Below the pieces are notes generated by a model, which ran no database searches, was not told the origin of the DNA, and was given only the letters and a program-made list of their open reading frames with translations. Position numbers and translations under genes: made by a program. From positions 84,076-148,075 of the forward strand of contig NZ_DATMIV010000018.1 in NCBI RefSeq assembly GCF_035554175.1: DNA of 64,000 bases. Reading direction: 5' to 3'. Origin of the DNA: Pseudomonas sp. Its GTDB lineage: Bacteria; Pseudomonadota; Gammaproteobacteria; Pseudomonadales; Pseudomonadaceae. This document shows positions 29,969-40,525 of the stretch, piece after piece. Each line of letters begins with the position of its first letter. Within the stretch, counting starts at the first letter, position 1.

Positions 29969-30172
29969 TTACGCCGCACAGAACAACTTATGCGGATCAA
30001 TCACAAATTTCTTCGGCACACCCGCATCGAACTCGCCATAACCTTCAGGCGCCTGATCGAGGCTGATCATTTGCACGCCCACCACTTCGGCAATGTTGAT
30101 GCGGTCCCACATGATCGCCTGCATCAGTTGGCGGCTGTACTTCATCACCGGAATTTGGGCAGTGTGTTCCAG
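29969..30172 (-). pseudogene. 3' fragment of a second formaldehyde dehydrogenase (fdhA) copy
   Basis: Encodes ...HTAQIPVMKYSRQLMQAIMWDRINIAEVVGVQMISLDQAPEGYGEFDAGVPKKFVIDPHKLFCAA. This is nearly identical to the last ~65 aa of the intact fdhA at 31242, but with many nucleotide differences. Confidence 0.8.
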
Positions 30173-30571
30173 ACAGCACATTCGTTTTCAATAAGTTCAT
30201 TGAGTTAGAAGTGAAGCACGGATCACATGCGTTAAATGCGCGTCCGAAAAAAACAGACGCAATACATATCTCCGCACTTGACGGCAGATCAACGGTTTAA
30301 ATCCAACGGAGATACACAACCATCAAACTGAAAAGGCCGAATATGCAAAACGTTCAAGACATCACCGAAACAGTCACTACCGCTCTGACAGCACTCACCC
30401 AATCCGCAAAACGCCCCCGTGCGCGAGCCCTACCGCAAACACATCATCTGGCTGAAAAAACGTACCGTAGTGAAGCGGAATAACTGGAGGTGACTGCCCT
30501 GCTCCAAGCAATTTCGCTTATTTCCAGACTTCATAACCCCGCCACCGGTCAATCCAAACAAGTCTAAAAGA

Positions 30572-30587
30572 CTGTCAGACCTGACAG
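30572..30587. promoter_or_regulatory. 16-bp near-palindrome CTGTCAGACCTGACAG (CTGT-N8-ACAG)
   Basis: Lies 96 bp upstream of the CSD-like ORF. It shares the TAAAA-NN-CTGTCAGA flank with the copy at 29486. Confidence 0.5.
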
Positions 30588-30683
30588 GTGTTCGAATGTC
30601 GGCGTTGGCATACGCTGTTGGTGTGTCAACGGACTGAAAAAAAGCGAGGTACAACCAACGATCATTCAACGGGAGATACGGAG

Positions 30684-30908
30684 ATGGAAGAGCAGTGCAG
30701 TCCGAGCGATCAACTGTTCGAATCAGATGTCCCGCCGATCATCTTTTGCATCAGCCCGGACGATCCGATCATCAAACACATCAAAGAGGGGCAGAAGGTG
30801 ACCTATGATCTTATGCGTGGTGATAACGGCCAGTTGTATGCCTTCGATATCAGACTGGCTCAAGACGAGGACATAGCCAGACCGGCTCGGTTCTCTGTGC
30901 TTTTGTAA
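30684..30908 (+). CDS. 74-aa protein with only the C-terminal half of a cold-shock domain
   Basis: GGAGA-N5-ATG. IKEGQKVTYDLMRGDNGQLYAFDI aligns to [23 protein letters not shown] of the neighbouring Csp. The RNP1/RNP2 motifs are absent. Confidence 0.45.
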   Translation: MEEQCSPSDQLFESDVPPIIFCISPDDPIIKHIKEGQKVTYDLMRGDNGQLYAFDIRLAQDEDIARPARFSVLL

Positions 30909-30944
30909 TGCGTCACTCAATCAATCGAAGCGGGAAGCACGAAC

Positions 30945-31157
30945 ATGTCAGGCAGAACTACAGGTACCGTTAAATGGTTCAACGATGAAAAAGGTTTTGG
31001 CTTTATTACCCCGCAGGGTGGAGGCGATGATCTTTTCGTTCATTTCAAATCAATCCAGACCGACGGTTTCAAATCGCTCAAAGAGGGGCAGACCGTTTCT
31101 TTTGTCGCTGCAAAAGGAGCGAAAGGAATGGAAGCCAAGGAAGTGCGGTCCGAGTAG
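30945..31157 (+). CDS. CspA-family cold-shock protein
   Basis: 70 aa with [15 protein letters not shown] (RNP1) and DLFVHF (RNP2). Confidence 0.9.
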   Translation: MSGRTTGTVKWFNDEKGFGFITPQGGGDDLFVHFKSIQTDGFKSLKEGQTVSFVAAKGAKGMEAKEVRSE

Positions 31158-31202
31158 TGAAACGTTGAACGGACTTCCCGGAAGTCTGGAACCAATATGA
31201 AA

Positions 31203-31229
31203 ACGGCGACCCATAGTCGCCGTTTTTTA
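31203..31229 (+). terminator. Rho-independent terminator (related in sequence to the one at 29939)
   Basis: ACGGCGAC-ccata-GTCGCCGT followed by TTTTTT. Confidence 0.8.
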
Positions 31230-31241
31230 TTCCCTCATTGC

Positions 31242-32441
31242 TTACGCCGCACTGAACAACTTATGCGGATCAATCACAAACTTCTTCGGCACACCCGCAT
31301 CGAACTCGCCATAACCTTCCGGCGCCTGATCAAGGCTGATGACCTGCACGCCGACCACTTCGGCGATGTTGATGCGATCCCACATGATCGCCTGCATCAG
31401 CTGGCGGTTGTACTTCATTACCGGGGTCTGGCCGGTGTGGAAGCTGTGGGATTTGGCCCAGCCCAGGCCGAAGCGGATGCTCAGGCTGCCCATTTTTGCG
31501 GCGGCGTCGACGGCACCCGGATCTTCGGTGACGTACAGGCCGGGGATACCGATCTTGCCGGCCACCCGTACCACGCCCATCAACGAGTTGAGCACCGTGG
31601 CCGGGGCTTCGGCCTTGACCCCGTCGTGGCCGTGGCCGCGTGCCTCGAAACCGACGCAGTCCACCGCGCAGTCGACTTCCGGCTCGCCCAGCAGTGCGGC
31701 GATCTGTTCGTGCAGCGGAGTGTCCTTGGACAGGTCGACGGTTTCAAAACCCTGTGCCTTGGCGTGGGCCAGGCGGATGGTGTTGACGTCGCCGATGATC
31801 ACTACGGCCGCACCGAGCAAACGTGCGGATGCCGCAGCGGCCAGACCGACCGGGCCGGCGCCGGCGATGTACACGCTGCTGCCCGGGCCGACGCCGGCCG
31901 TGACCGCGCCGTGATAACCGGTCGGGAGGATGTCGGACAGACAGGTCAGGTCGCGGATTTTCTCCATGGCCTTGTCGCGATCCGGCAGTTTCAGCAGGTT
32001 GAAATCAGCGTACGGCACCAGCACGTACTCGGCCTGACCACCGGTCCAGTCGCCCATGTCGACGTAGCCGTAAGCACCGCCGGCACGGGCCGGGTTGACG
32101 GTCAGGCAGACGCCGGTGTGTTGCTCTTTGCAGGAACGGCAGCGCCCGCAAGCCACGTTGAACGGAACGGATACCAGATCGCCGATCTTCAGGTTTTCGA
32201 CGTCGGAGCCTTTTTCGATCACCTCGCCGGTGATCTCGTGGCCCAGCACCAGACCGGTCTGCGCCGTGGTTCGGCCACGCACCATGTGCTGGTCGGAGCC
32301 GCAGATGTTGGTGGAGACCACACGCAGAATCACACCGTGTTCGATCTTCCTGCCGCGCGGATCCTGCATTTTCGGATAGTCGATTTTCTGTACTTCGACC
32401 TTGCCAGCGCCGAGATACACCACACCACGATTGCCAGACAT
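31242..32441 (-). CDS. fdhA: glutathione-independent formaldehyde dehydrogenase
   Basis: 399-aa zinc-ADH fold (GHEITGEV, CGRCRSC, GAGPVGL) starting MSGNRGVVYLGAGKVEV. Confidence 0.9.
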   Translation of the reverse strand: MSGNRGVVYLGAGKVEVQKIDYPKMQDPRGRKIEHGVILRVVSTNICGSDQHMVRGRTTAQTGLVLGHEITGEVIEKGSDVENLKIGDLVSVPFNVACGRCRSCKEQHTGVCLTVNPARAGGAYGYVDMGDWTGGQAEYVLVPYADFNLLKLPDRDKAMEKIRDLTCLSDILPTGYHGAVTAGVGPGSSVYIAGAGPVGLAAAASARLLGAAVVIIGDVNTIRLAHAKAQGFETVDLSKDTPLHEQIAALLGEPEVDCAVDCVGFEARGHGHDGVKAEAPATVLNSLMGVVRVAGKIGIPGLYVTEDPGAVDAAAKMGSLSIRFGLGWAKSHSFHTGQTPVMKYNRQLMQAIMWDRINIAEVVGVQVISLDQAPEGYGEFDAGVPKKFVIDPHKLFSAA

Positions 32442-32483
32442 GCCATCACCTCTATATTTGTTGTTGGGTAGAGAGTTGATTGA

Positions 32484-32560
32484 GCTTCAAGCGGCAAGCT
32501 ACAAGCCGCAAGAAGTGTGCTGACCGCTTGTTCTTGCGGCTTGGAGCTTGAAGCTTGAAG
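32484..32560. repeat. imperfect long hairpin (GCTTCAAGC...CAAGCCGCAAGAA / TTCTTGCGGCTTG...GCTTGAAGC), possible fourth REP type
   Basis: Inverted arms flank a 16-nt loop in the purU/fdhA gap. Confidence 0.6.
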
Positions 32561-33418
32561 CTAAAGAACAACTGTTCTGTTGGCGTTGAGAAACACTCTT
32601 CGCTCAATGTGATAACCGACGGCCCGCGCCAGCGTCAGGCCTTCGATATCGCGCCCCTTGGCGATCAAATCCTCGGGATAGTGACTGTGATCCACCGCCT
32701 CGACGCCCTGGGCGATGATTGGCCCTTCATCGAGGTCGTTGTTGATGTAATGCGCGGTGGCGCCCACCAGTTTCACGCCCTTGTTGTAGGCCTGGTGATA
32801 GGGCTTGGCGCCTTTGAAGCCCGGCAGCAGCGAGTGATGAATGTTGATCGCCTTGCCGTCGAGCTTGCGGCACAGTTCCGGCGACAGCACCTGCATGTAG
32901 CGGGCGAGGATCACCAGTTCGGCACCGGCCTCTTCGATCACCTGCCAGACCTGACGCTCCTGCGCCGGTTTGTCGTTGGGGTCGAGGGGGAAATGGTAGT
33001 AGGGAATCTGGTGCCAGTCGGCCAGCGGCTTGAGATCCGGATGGTTGGACACCACCGCCGCCACGTCCATCGACAATTGGCCGATGCGCTGGCGGTAAAG
33101 CAAATCGTTGAGGCAGTGATCGGCCTTGGAGACCATGATCACCACTTTCGGCCGGTAGTTCGGCGCGGTCAGCTCGAAGACCATGCCGAACGCCTGCCCG
33201 CGCTCGGCAAGCCCGGCGCGGAAGGATTGTTCGTCGAAGCCGTCGGGCTGGCGAAATTCCACACGAATGAAGAAGCGCCCGGAGAGGCGGTCATCGAACG
33301 AATGGTGTTCGGTGACGTAGCAACCCTGCTCGAACAGAAAACGCGTGACCGCGTCCACCGTGCCGAGGACGCTGGGGCAGTCGGCGGTCAGAATCCATGT
33401 GTCTGGGGCGCGGCTCAT
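32561..33418 (-). CDS. purU: formyltetrahydrofolate deformylase
   Basis: N-terminal ACT domain plus a formyltransferase core (INIHHSLLPGFKGAKPY). Confidence 0.9.
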   Translation of the reverse strand: MSRAPDTWILTADCPSVLGTVDAVTRFLFEQGCYVTEHHSFDDRLSGRFFIRVEFRQPDGFDEQSFRAGLAERGQAFGMVFELTAPNYRPKVVIMVSKADHCLNDLLYRQRIGQLSMDVAAVVSNHPDLKPLADWHQIPYYHFPLDPNDKPAQERQVWQVIEEAGAELVILARYMQVLSPELCRKLDGKAINIHHSLLPGFKGAKPYHQAYNKGVKLVGATAHYINNDLDEGPIIAQGVEAVDHSHYPEDLIAKGRDIEGLTLARAVGYHIERRVFLNANRTVVL

Positions 33419-33461
33419 GGTGCGGTGACTCCTGTTTCAACATCTGTGAGCAGAGTGAACT

Positions 33462-33596
33462 CTGTGGCGAGGGAGCTTGCTCCCGCTCGGCTGCGAAGCA
33501 GTCGTAAAACTTGCCACCGCGCTCGTGCTGAAAGAATGCGGTCGCTGATTTTGGGGTTGCTTCGCAACCTGGCGGGAGCAAGCTTCCTCGCCACAA
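33462..33596. repeat. REPIN, family C (long spacer)
   Basis: Arms at 33462-33490 and 33569-33596. Confidence 0.85.
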
Positions 33597-33612
33597 AAGC
33601 AGTCACCACGGG

Positions 33613-34245
33613 TCAAGCCTGAACGCTGAGGCCGTACTCAGCCGAAGCATCCTGCAACCACAACCACCAGTAATCCGAGAAGCTGCGACGAATCAGCAGT
33701 TCCCAAGTGTCTTCAGCGGTATGGCGAATCATCAACTGCGACTTGGCGAACACCGTGCCCACAGCCTTGCCGACCGGAAAATTGTTCGGGTGCACGTCAT
33801 AGCTGGTCGATTTCATCAGCACCTGACGCACGTTCGGCCCGCTCAGTTCGAGGATCTGCTGGCCGCCGCTGACGTTGACGATTGCAATGTGCAGATCGCC
33901 CAGGGCTTCACGCAGTTTTTGCTCAGCGGCGAATTCCTCGCCACTCGGCACGATCAGCAGCCACTCGTCCGGGCCCATCCATTGCAGGCTGGTTTCGCCT
34001 TTGACGATCACACTGAGGGCGCCGGGCAACTCGATACCGAGCGCCTTGTGCACACCGGCCGCGAAGGCTGCATCGTGGCCATCGCCACGAATGGTCAGAT
34101 GGCCGAGGAGTTTCTTTTCCCGCACGATCACACCGGCGTTCTTGCGGCCCTTGCCGACCAGGCTGGCGAGGTCGGCATGGTGCAGCGACGACTCGGCCTT
34201 GGCGCCAGTGGTGGGGCGTTGCTGGTAAACATTGGCTGTGGTCAT
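33613..34245 (-). CDS. soxG: sarcosine oxidase gamma subunit
   Basis: Start moved to MTTANVYQQRP (ATG 34245) because the ORF-track start reads through a REP. Last gene of soxBDAG. Confidence 0.85.
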   Translation of the reverse strand: MTTANVYQQRPTTGAKAESSLHHADLASLVGKGRKNAGVIVREKKLLGHLTIRGDGHDAAFAAGVHKALGIELPGALSVIVKGETSLQWMGPDEWLLIVPSGEEFAAEQKLREALGDLHIAIVNVSGGQQILELSGPNVRQVLMKSTSYDVHPNNFPVGKAVGTVFAKSQLMIRHTAEDTWELLIRRSFSDYWWLWLQDASAEYGLSVQA

Positions 34246-34293
34246 AAAGCACCTTCTGAATTCTGTTGGATCCTGTGGTAGCTGTGCCGCCGC

Positions 34294-34358
34294 CTTCGCG
34301 AGCAGGCTCGCTCCCACAGGGGAACGCGATCGAATGTGGGAGCGAGCCTGCTCGCGAA
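34294..34358. repeat. REPIN, family A
   Basis: Inverted arms at 34294-34320 and 34335-34358. Confidence 0.9.
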
Positions 34359-34386
34359 TAGCCGCCCGCCCACCACCTCGAGGCCG

Positions 34387-37300
34387 TCAGATGTTCTGCC
34401 GCTCACCCTTCGGATCGAAGAACACCGAAGAAACGATTTCCGCCTCGATCACGCTGCCATCGGCCAGCGGTGCGAACACCCGCTCGCCCATGCGCTTGAG
34501 GCCGCCCTTGACCACGCCCATGGCAAACGAATAACCGAGGGAGTTGTGCGCGTAGCTTGAGGTGACGTGGCCGACCATGGTCATCGGGATCGCCTGCTTG
34601 GTGTTGAACACCAGTTGCGCGCCTTCCGGCAGCCATTTGGTCGGATCGATCGGTTTGAGGCCCACCAGTTGTTTGCGCTGATCTTTCACGCAATCTTCCC
34701 GGTTCATGCCGCGCTGGCCGATCCACGAGAACGGTTTGGTACGACCGACACACCAGCCCATGTTCAGGTCGTCCGGAGTCATCGAGCCGTCGGTGTCCTG
34801 GCCGACGATGATGAAACCCTTTTCGGCCCGCAGCACGTGCATGGTTTCGGTGCCGTACGGCGTCAGGTTGTACTGCTTGCCGGCCTCGACGATTTTCTCC
34901 AGCACACCCATCGCGTAGTCGGCCTGCACGTTGACTTCGTACGACAGCTCACCGGTGAACGAGATACGGAACACCCGCGCCGGCACATCGCCGACCAGAC
35001 CTTCTTTCCAGGTCATGAACGGGAACGCTTCGTTGCTCAGATCGATGTCGGTCACGGCGCTGAGCAGCTTGCGGCTGTTCGGCCCGGACAGGGTCATGGT
35101 CGCCCAGTGGTCGGTGACGGAGGTGAAGTACACCTTCAGCTCCGGCCATTCGGTCTGGTGGTACAGCTCCAGCCACTGCAGTACGCGTGCGGCGCCGCCG
35201 GTGGTGGTGGTCATGACGAAATGGTTGTCCGCCAGGCAGGCCGTCACACCATCGTCGAAGACCATGCCGTCTTCCTTGCACATCAAACCGTAACGGGCCT
35301 TGCCCACGTCGAGCTTGGTCCAGGCGTTGGTGTACACGCGATTGAGGAACTCGCGGGCATCCGGGCCTTGAATGTCGATCTTGCCGAGGGTCGAGGCGTC
35401 GAGCAGGCCGACGCTGTCGCGCACGGCTTTGCATTCACGCTTGACCGCTGCGTGCAGGTCTTCGCCGTTTTTCGGGAAGTACCACGGACGCTTCCACTGA
35501 CCGACGTCTTCGAACTCGGCGCCGTTCTTCACATGCCAGGCATGCAGCGCGGTGTAGCGCACCGGTTCGAAGATGTGCCCACAGTGCCGACCGGCCACGG
35601 CGCCGAACGTCACTGGCGTGTAGTTCGGACGGAACATGGTGGTGCCCATTTGCGGGATGGTCACGTTCAGCGAACGGGCCGCAATGGCCAGACCATTGAC
35701 GTTGCCGAGCTTGCCCTGATCGGTGCCGAAGCCCAGTGCGGTGTAGCGTTTGACGTGCTCGACCGACTCGAAACCTTCGCGGGTCGCCAGTTCGATGCCA
35801 CCGGCGGTGACGTCGTTCTGGAAGTCGACGAATTGCTTCGGTGCACGCGCCGAGTTCTTCTCGTGGGGCACCTGGAACAACGCCAGCGTTGGCTCTTCGA
35901 GACGGCTCAGCGCTTTCGGCAACACGCCTTCGACGGTCTGGAAACCGGCTTCGGCGGCAGCGCGCACGCCACCTTCGAATCCATCAGCCAGAGAATCGCC
36001 GAGCGCGTAGACGCCATTGATACCACCGACGCATACGCGTTTCTGCGGCGCTTCACCCGGCACGAAACCGAGGATGTCTTCACGCCAGACCGGCTTGCCA
36101 CCGAGGTGCGAAGCCAGGTGCACCACCGGGCTGTAACCGCCGGAGCTGGCGACCAGATCGCAGTCCAGCCACTCGCCCGGACTGGTCACGGCGTGTGCCT
36201 TGACGTCAATCGCGGCGACGCGCGCAGCGGTCACGCGCTTGCTGCCGCGGGCCTCGATCACCGCACTGCCGGTGAGGATGCGAATGCCCTTGGCGCGTGC
36301 CTCTTCGACCAATGCACCACGCGGATTGCCGCGGGCGTCGGCGACCGCGACCACTTGCAGGCCGGCGTCGAGCCAATCGAGAGCAACGCGATAGGCGTGA
36401 TCGTTGTTGGTGCTGAGGACAAGCTTCTTGCCCGGCGCGACGCCGTAGCGACGCACGTAAGTCGACACCGCACCGGCGAGCATGTTGCCCGGCACGTCGT
36501 TGTTGCCGTAGACCAGCGGACGCTCATGGGCGCCGGTCGCCAGCACCACGCGCTTGGCGCGGACGCGGTGGATGCGCTGACGCACCTGGCCGATCGGCGC
36601 GCGATCACCGAGGTGATCGGTGAGGCGTTCATGAATGGTCAGGAAGTTGTGGTCGTGGTAACCGTTGACCGTGGCGCGCGGCAACAGCAGCACGTCCGGG
36701 GTGTTCTTCAATTCAGCGATGACGCTGTTGACCCACTCCATCGCCGGTTTGCCGTCGAGGCTTTCACGCGAGTCGAGCAGGCTGCCGCCGAACTCTTCCT
36801 GCTCATCGGCCAGAATCACCCGCGCACCGCTGCGCGCAGCGGCCAGGGCAGCGGCGAGACCGGCCGGGCCGGCGCCGACGATCAGCACGTCGCAGTGCTG
36901 GTTCATGTAGTCGTAGGTATCCGGATCGTTCTCGGTCGGCGAACGGCCGAGACCGGCAGCCTTGCGGATGTATTTCTCGTAGGTCATCCAGAACGATTGC
37001 GGGTACATGAAGGTTTTGTAGTAGAACCCCGGCGGCATCAGCTTGCCGCCGACCTTGCCGAGAATGCCCATCATGTCGTTGTTGACGCTCGGCCAGCCGT
37101 TGGTGCTGGTGGCGACCAGGCCCTGATACAACGCCTGTTGCGTGGCGCGCACGTTGGGAATCTGCGTGGCTTCGGTAGCACCGATCTGCAGCACCGCGTT
37201 CGGCTCTTCGGAGCCAGCGGCGAAGATCCCGCGAGGGCGCGAATACTTGAAGCTGCGGCCGATGATGTCGACGCCGTTGGCGATCAGTGCAGCGGCCAGC

Positions 37301-37404
37301 GAGTCGCCTTCATAGCCTTTGTAGGTCTGGCCGTTGAAGGTGAAGCTCAGCACTTTGTTGCGGTCGATCCGTCCACCGTTGGACAGGCGATTGGTCTGGC
37401 TCAT
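34387..37404 (-). CDS. soxA: sarcosine oxidase alpha subunit
   Basis: 1005 aa starting MSQTNRLSNGGRIDR; NAD/FAD Rossmann motif (VLIVGAGPAGLAAAL) and a C-terminal GcvT-like folate domain. ATGA overlap with soxD. Confidence 0.95.
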   Translation of the reverse strand: MSQTNRLSNGGRIDRNKVLSFTFNGQTYKGYEGDSLAAALIANGVDIIGRSFKYSRPRGIFAAGSEEPNAVLQIGATEATQIPNVRATQQALYQGLVATSTNGWPSVNNDMMGILGKVGGKLMPPGFYYKTFMYPQSFWMTYEKYIRKAAGLGRSPTENDPDTYDYMNQHCDVLIVGAGPAGLAAALAAARSGARVILADEQEEFGGSLLDSRESLDGKPAMEWVNSVIAELKNTPDVLLLPRATVNGYHDHNFLTIHERLTDHLGDRAPIGQVRQRIHRVRAKRVVLATGAHERPLVYGNNDVPGNMLAGAVSTYVRRYGVAPGKKLVLSTNNDHAYRVALDWLDAGLQVVAVADARGNPRGALVEEARAKGIRILTGSAVIEARGSKRVTAARVAAIDVKAHAVTSPGEWLDCDLVASSGGYSPVVHLASHLGGKPVWREDILGFVPGEAPQKRVCVGGINGVYALGDSLADGFEGGVRAAAEAGFQTVEGVLPKALSRLEEPTLALFQVPHEKNSARAPKQFVDFQNDVTAGGIELATREGFESVEHVKRYTALGFGTDQGKLGNVNGLAIAARSLNVTIPQMGTTMFRPNYTPVTFGAVAGRHCGHIFEPVRYTALHAWHVKNGAEFEDVGQWKRPWYFPKNGEDLHAAVKRECKAVRDSVGLLDASTLGKIDIQGPDAREFLNRVYTNAWTKLDVGKARYGLMCKEDGMVFDDGVTACLADNHFVMTTTTGGAARVLQWLELYHQTEWPELKVYFTSVTDHWATMTLSGPNSRKLLSAVTDIDLSNEAFPFMTWKEGLVGDVPARVFRISFTGELSYEVNVQADYAMGVLEKIVEAGKQYNLTPYGTETMHVLRAEKGFIIVGQDTDGSMTPDDLNMGWCVGRTKPFSWIGQRGMNREDCVKDQRKQLVGLKPIDPTKWLPEGAQLVFNTKQAIPMTMVGHVTSSYAHNSLGYSFAMGVVKGGLKRMGERVFAPLADGSVIEAEIVSSVFFDPKGERQNI

Positions 37405-37730
37405 ACCTTCTCTCCCAGCGCCGTCGTGGCTGTTTTCGCAGTGCCAGCCTTGTCGGTGAATTGTGGCTTCTCGCCGATCTTGTAACTCTCGAGAATCTCG
37501 TAGGTCACGGTATCGCGAGTGACGTTGAAATACTGGCGGCAACCGGCAACGTGGTCCCACAACTCGTGGTGCAGACCGCGCGGGTTATCGCGAAAGAACA
37601 TGTAGTCGCCCCACTCTTCATCGGTGCAGGCGTTCGGATCCAGCGGCCGCGGGATGTGCGCCTGACCGGATGCATGGAATTCCTCTTCGGAGCGCAGTTC
37701 GCCGCAGTGAGGACAGAAGATGTGCAACAT
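37401..37730 (-). CDS. soxD: sarcosine oxidase delta subunit
   Basis: 109 aa starting MLHIFCPHCGELRSEEEF, with a zinc-ribbon-like CPHC... Confidence 0.9.
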   Translation of the reverse strand: MLHIFCPHCGELRSEEEFHASGQAHIPRPLDPNACTDEEWGDYMFFRDNPRGLHHELWDHVAGCRQYFNVTRDTVTYEILESYKIGEKPQFTDKAGTAKTATTALGEKV

Positions 37731-37744
37731 GGGTATTTCTCCTG

Positions 37745-38995
37745 TTAGTGGGCGACGGCAGCAGCGCCGTGTTCGTCAATGAGCGCGCCGTTGTGGAAAC
37801 GGTCGATGGAAAACGGGGCGGCCAACGGATGCATTTCACCCTTGGCCAGACTCGCGGCAAACACGTTGCCCGAGCCCGGTGTGGCCTTGAAGCCGCCGGT
37901 GCCCCAACCGCAGTTGAAGAACATGTTCGGCACCGGCGTCTTGGAAATGATCGGGCAGGCGTCCGGCGTGGTGTCGACGATGCCGCCCCACTGGCGGTTC
38001 ATGCGAACGCGGGACAACACCGGGAACATCTCGACGATGGCCTGGATGGTGTGCTCGATCACCGGGTACGAACCACGCTGGCCGTAGCCGTTGTAGCCGT
38101 CGATACCGGCGCCGATCACCAGGTCGCCCTTGTCGGACTGGCTGATGTAGCCGTGTACGGCGTTGGACATGATCACGCTGTCGATAATCGGTTTGATCGG
38201 CTCGGACACCAGCGCTTGCAATGGGTGGGATTCGATCGGCAGGCGGAAACCGGCGAGTTTGGCCATGTGCCCGGAGTTACCGGCAGTGACCACGCCGACG
38301 CGCTTGGCGCCGATGAAACCCTTGTTGGTTTCGACGCCGATGCATACGCCGTTTTCCTTGCGGAAACCGATCACTTCGGTCTGCTGGATCAAGTCCACGC
38401 CGAGGGCGTCAGCGGCACGGGCAAAGCCCCAGGCCACGGCGTCGTGACGGGCCACGCCACCGCGACGCTGCACGGTGGCACCCATCACCGGGTAACGGGT
38501 GTTTTTCGAGCAATCCAGGTACGGAATCTCGTCGGCCACTTGCTTGGCATCGAGCAGCTCGCCATCGACGCCGTTGAGGCGGTTGGCGCTGACCCGACGC
38601 TCGGAATCGCGAATGTCCTGCAGGGTGTGGCACAGGTTGTAGACGCCGCGCTGGGAGAACATCACGTTGTAGTTGAGATCCTGCGACAGGCCTTCCCACA
38701 ATTTCATCGCGTGTTCGTACAGGTGCGCCGACTCGTCCCACAGGTAGTTGGAACGCACGATGGTGGTGTTGCGCGCGGTGTTACCGCCGCCCAGCCAGCC
38801 CTTCTCGACCACGGCGACATTGGTGATGCCGTGCTCCTTGGCCAGATAGTAGGCCGTCGCCAGACCGTGGCCGCCGCCGCCGACGATGACCACGTCGTAG
38901 ACTTTTTTCGGCGTGGGCGTGCGCCACATGCGCTGCCAGTTTTCGTGGTGACTGAGCGAGTGTTTGAACAGGCCGAAGCCGGAATAGCGTTGCAT
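37745..38995 (-). CDS. soxB: sarcosine oxidase beta subunit
   Basis: Start set at [14 protein letters not shown] (ATG 38995 after GGAG). FAD motif [18 protein letters not shown]. Confidence 0.95.
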   Translation of the reverse strand: MQRYSGFGLFKHSLSHHENWQRMWRTPTPKKVYDVVIVGGGGHGLATAYYLAKEHGITNVAVVEKGWLGGGNTARNTTIVRSNYLWDESAHLYEHAMKLWEGLSQDLNYNVMFSQRGVYNLCHTLQDIRDSERRVSANRLNGVDGELLDAKQVADEIPYLDCSKNTRYPVMGATVQRRGGVARHDAVAWGFARAADALGVDLIQQTEVIGFRKENGVCIGVETNKGFIGAKRVGVVTAGNSGHMAKLAGFRLPIESHPLQALVSEPIKPIIDSVIMSNAVHGYISQSDKGDLVIGAGIDGYNGYGQRGSYPVIEHTIQAIVEMFPVLSRVRMNRQWGGIVDTTPDACPIISKTPVPNMFFNCGWGTGGFKATPGSGNVFAASLAKGEMHPLAAPFSIDRFHNGALIDEHGAAAVAH

Positions 38996-39015
38996 AGTCA
39001 TTACTCCAAAACCGC

Positions 39016-40269
<1,254 letters not shown>

Positions 40270-40440
40270 CGCGTCTCTCCCAGCGGCATCTGTGCGCCAT
40301 TCGTCTCGGTAAGGCACCGGCAATCACGGCAGTGCCCTTTGATGCGATGGTATGACCGGCTTCGAGTGCTCAAATGCCTGCGGACGCCACGCAAAGGTGC
40401 GTTTACGACATGGCTGGAAATGACTGGAGAATGCATTCCC

Positions 40441-40523
40441 CCTGTAGGAGCTGCCGAAGGCTGCGATCTTTTGACTTTGACTTTGAAGATCAAAGGATCG
40501 CAGCCTTCGGCAGCTCCTACAGG
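40441..40523. repeat. REPIN, family B
   Basis: Inverted arms at 40441-40474 and 40488-40523. Confidence 0.9.
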
Positions 40524-40525
40524 GG

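Noticed and set aside
29486-30587. Reading the CTGTCAG palindromes as Pho boxes.
   Set aside because: Pho boxes are direct repeats of CTGTCAT-like heptamers with 11-bp phasing. Here the second half is inverted, so a dimeric palindrome-binding protein or a hairpin fits better.
29395-31241. Classifying the islet as a transposon, integron cassette or prophage remnant.
   Set aside because: It has no transposase, integrase or attC-like site, and no terminal inverted repeats or target-site duplication. Only the diverged fdhA-tail duplication flanks the csp module.
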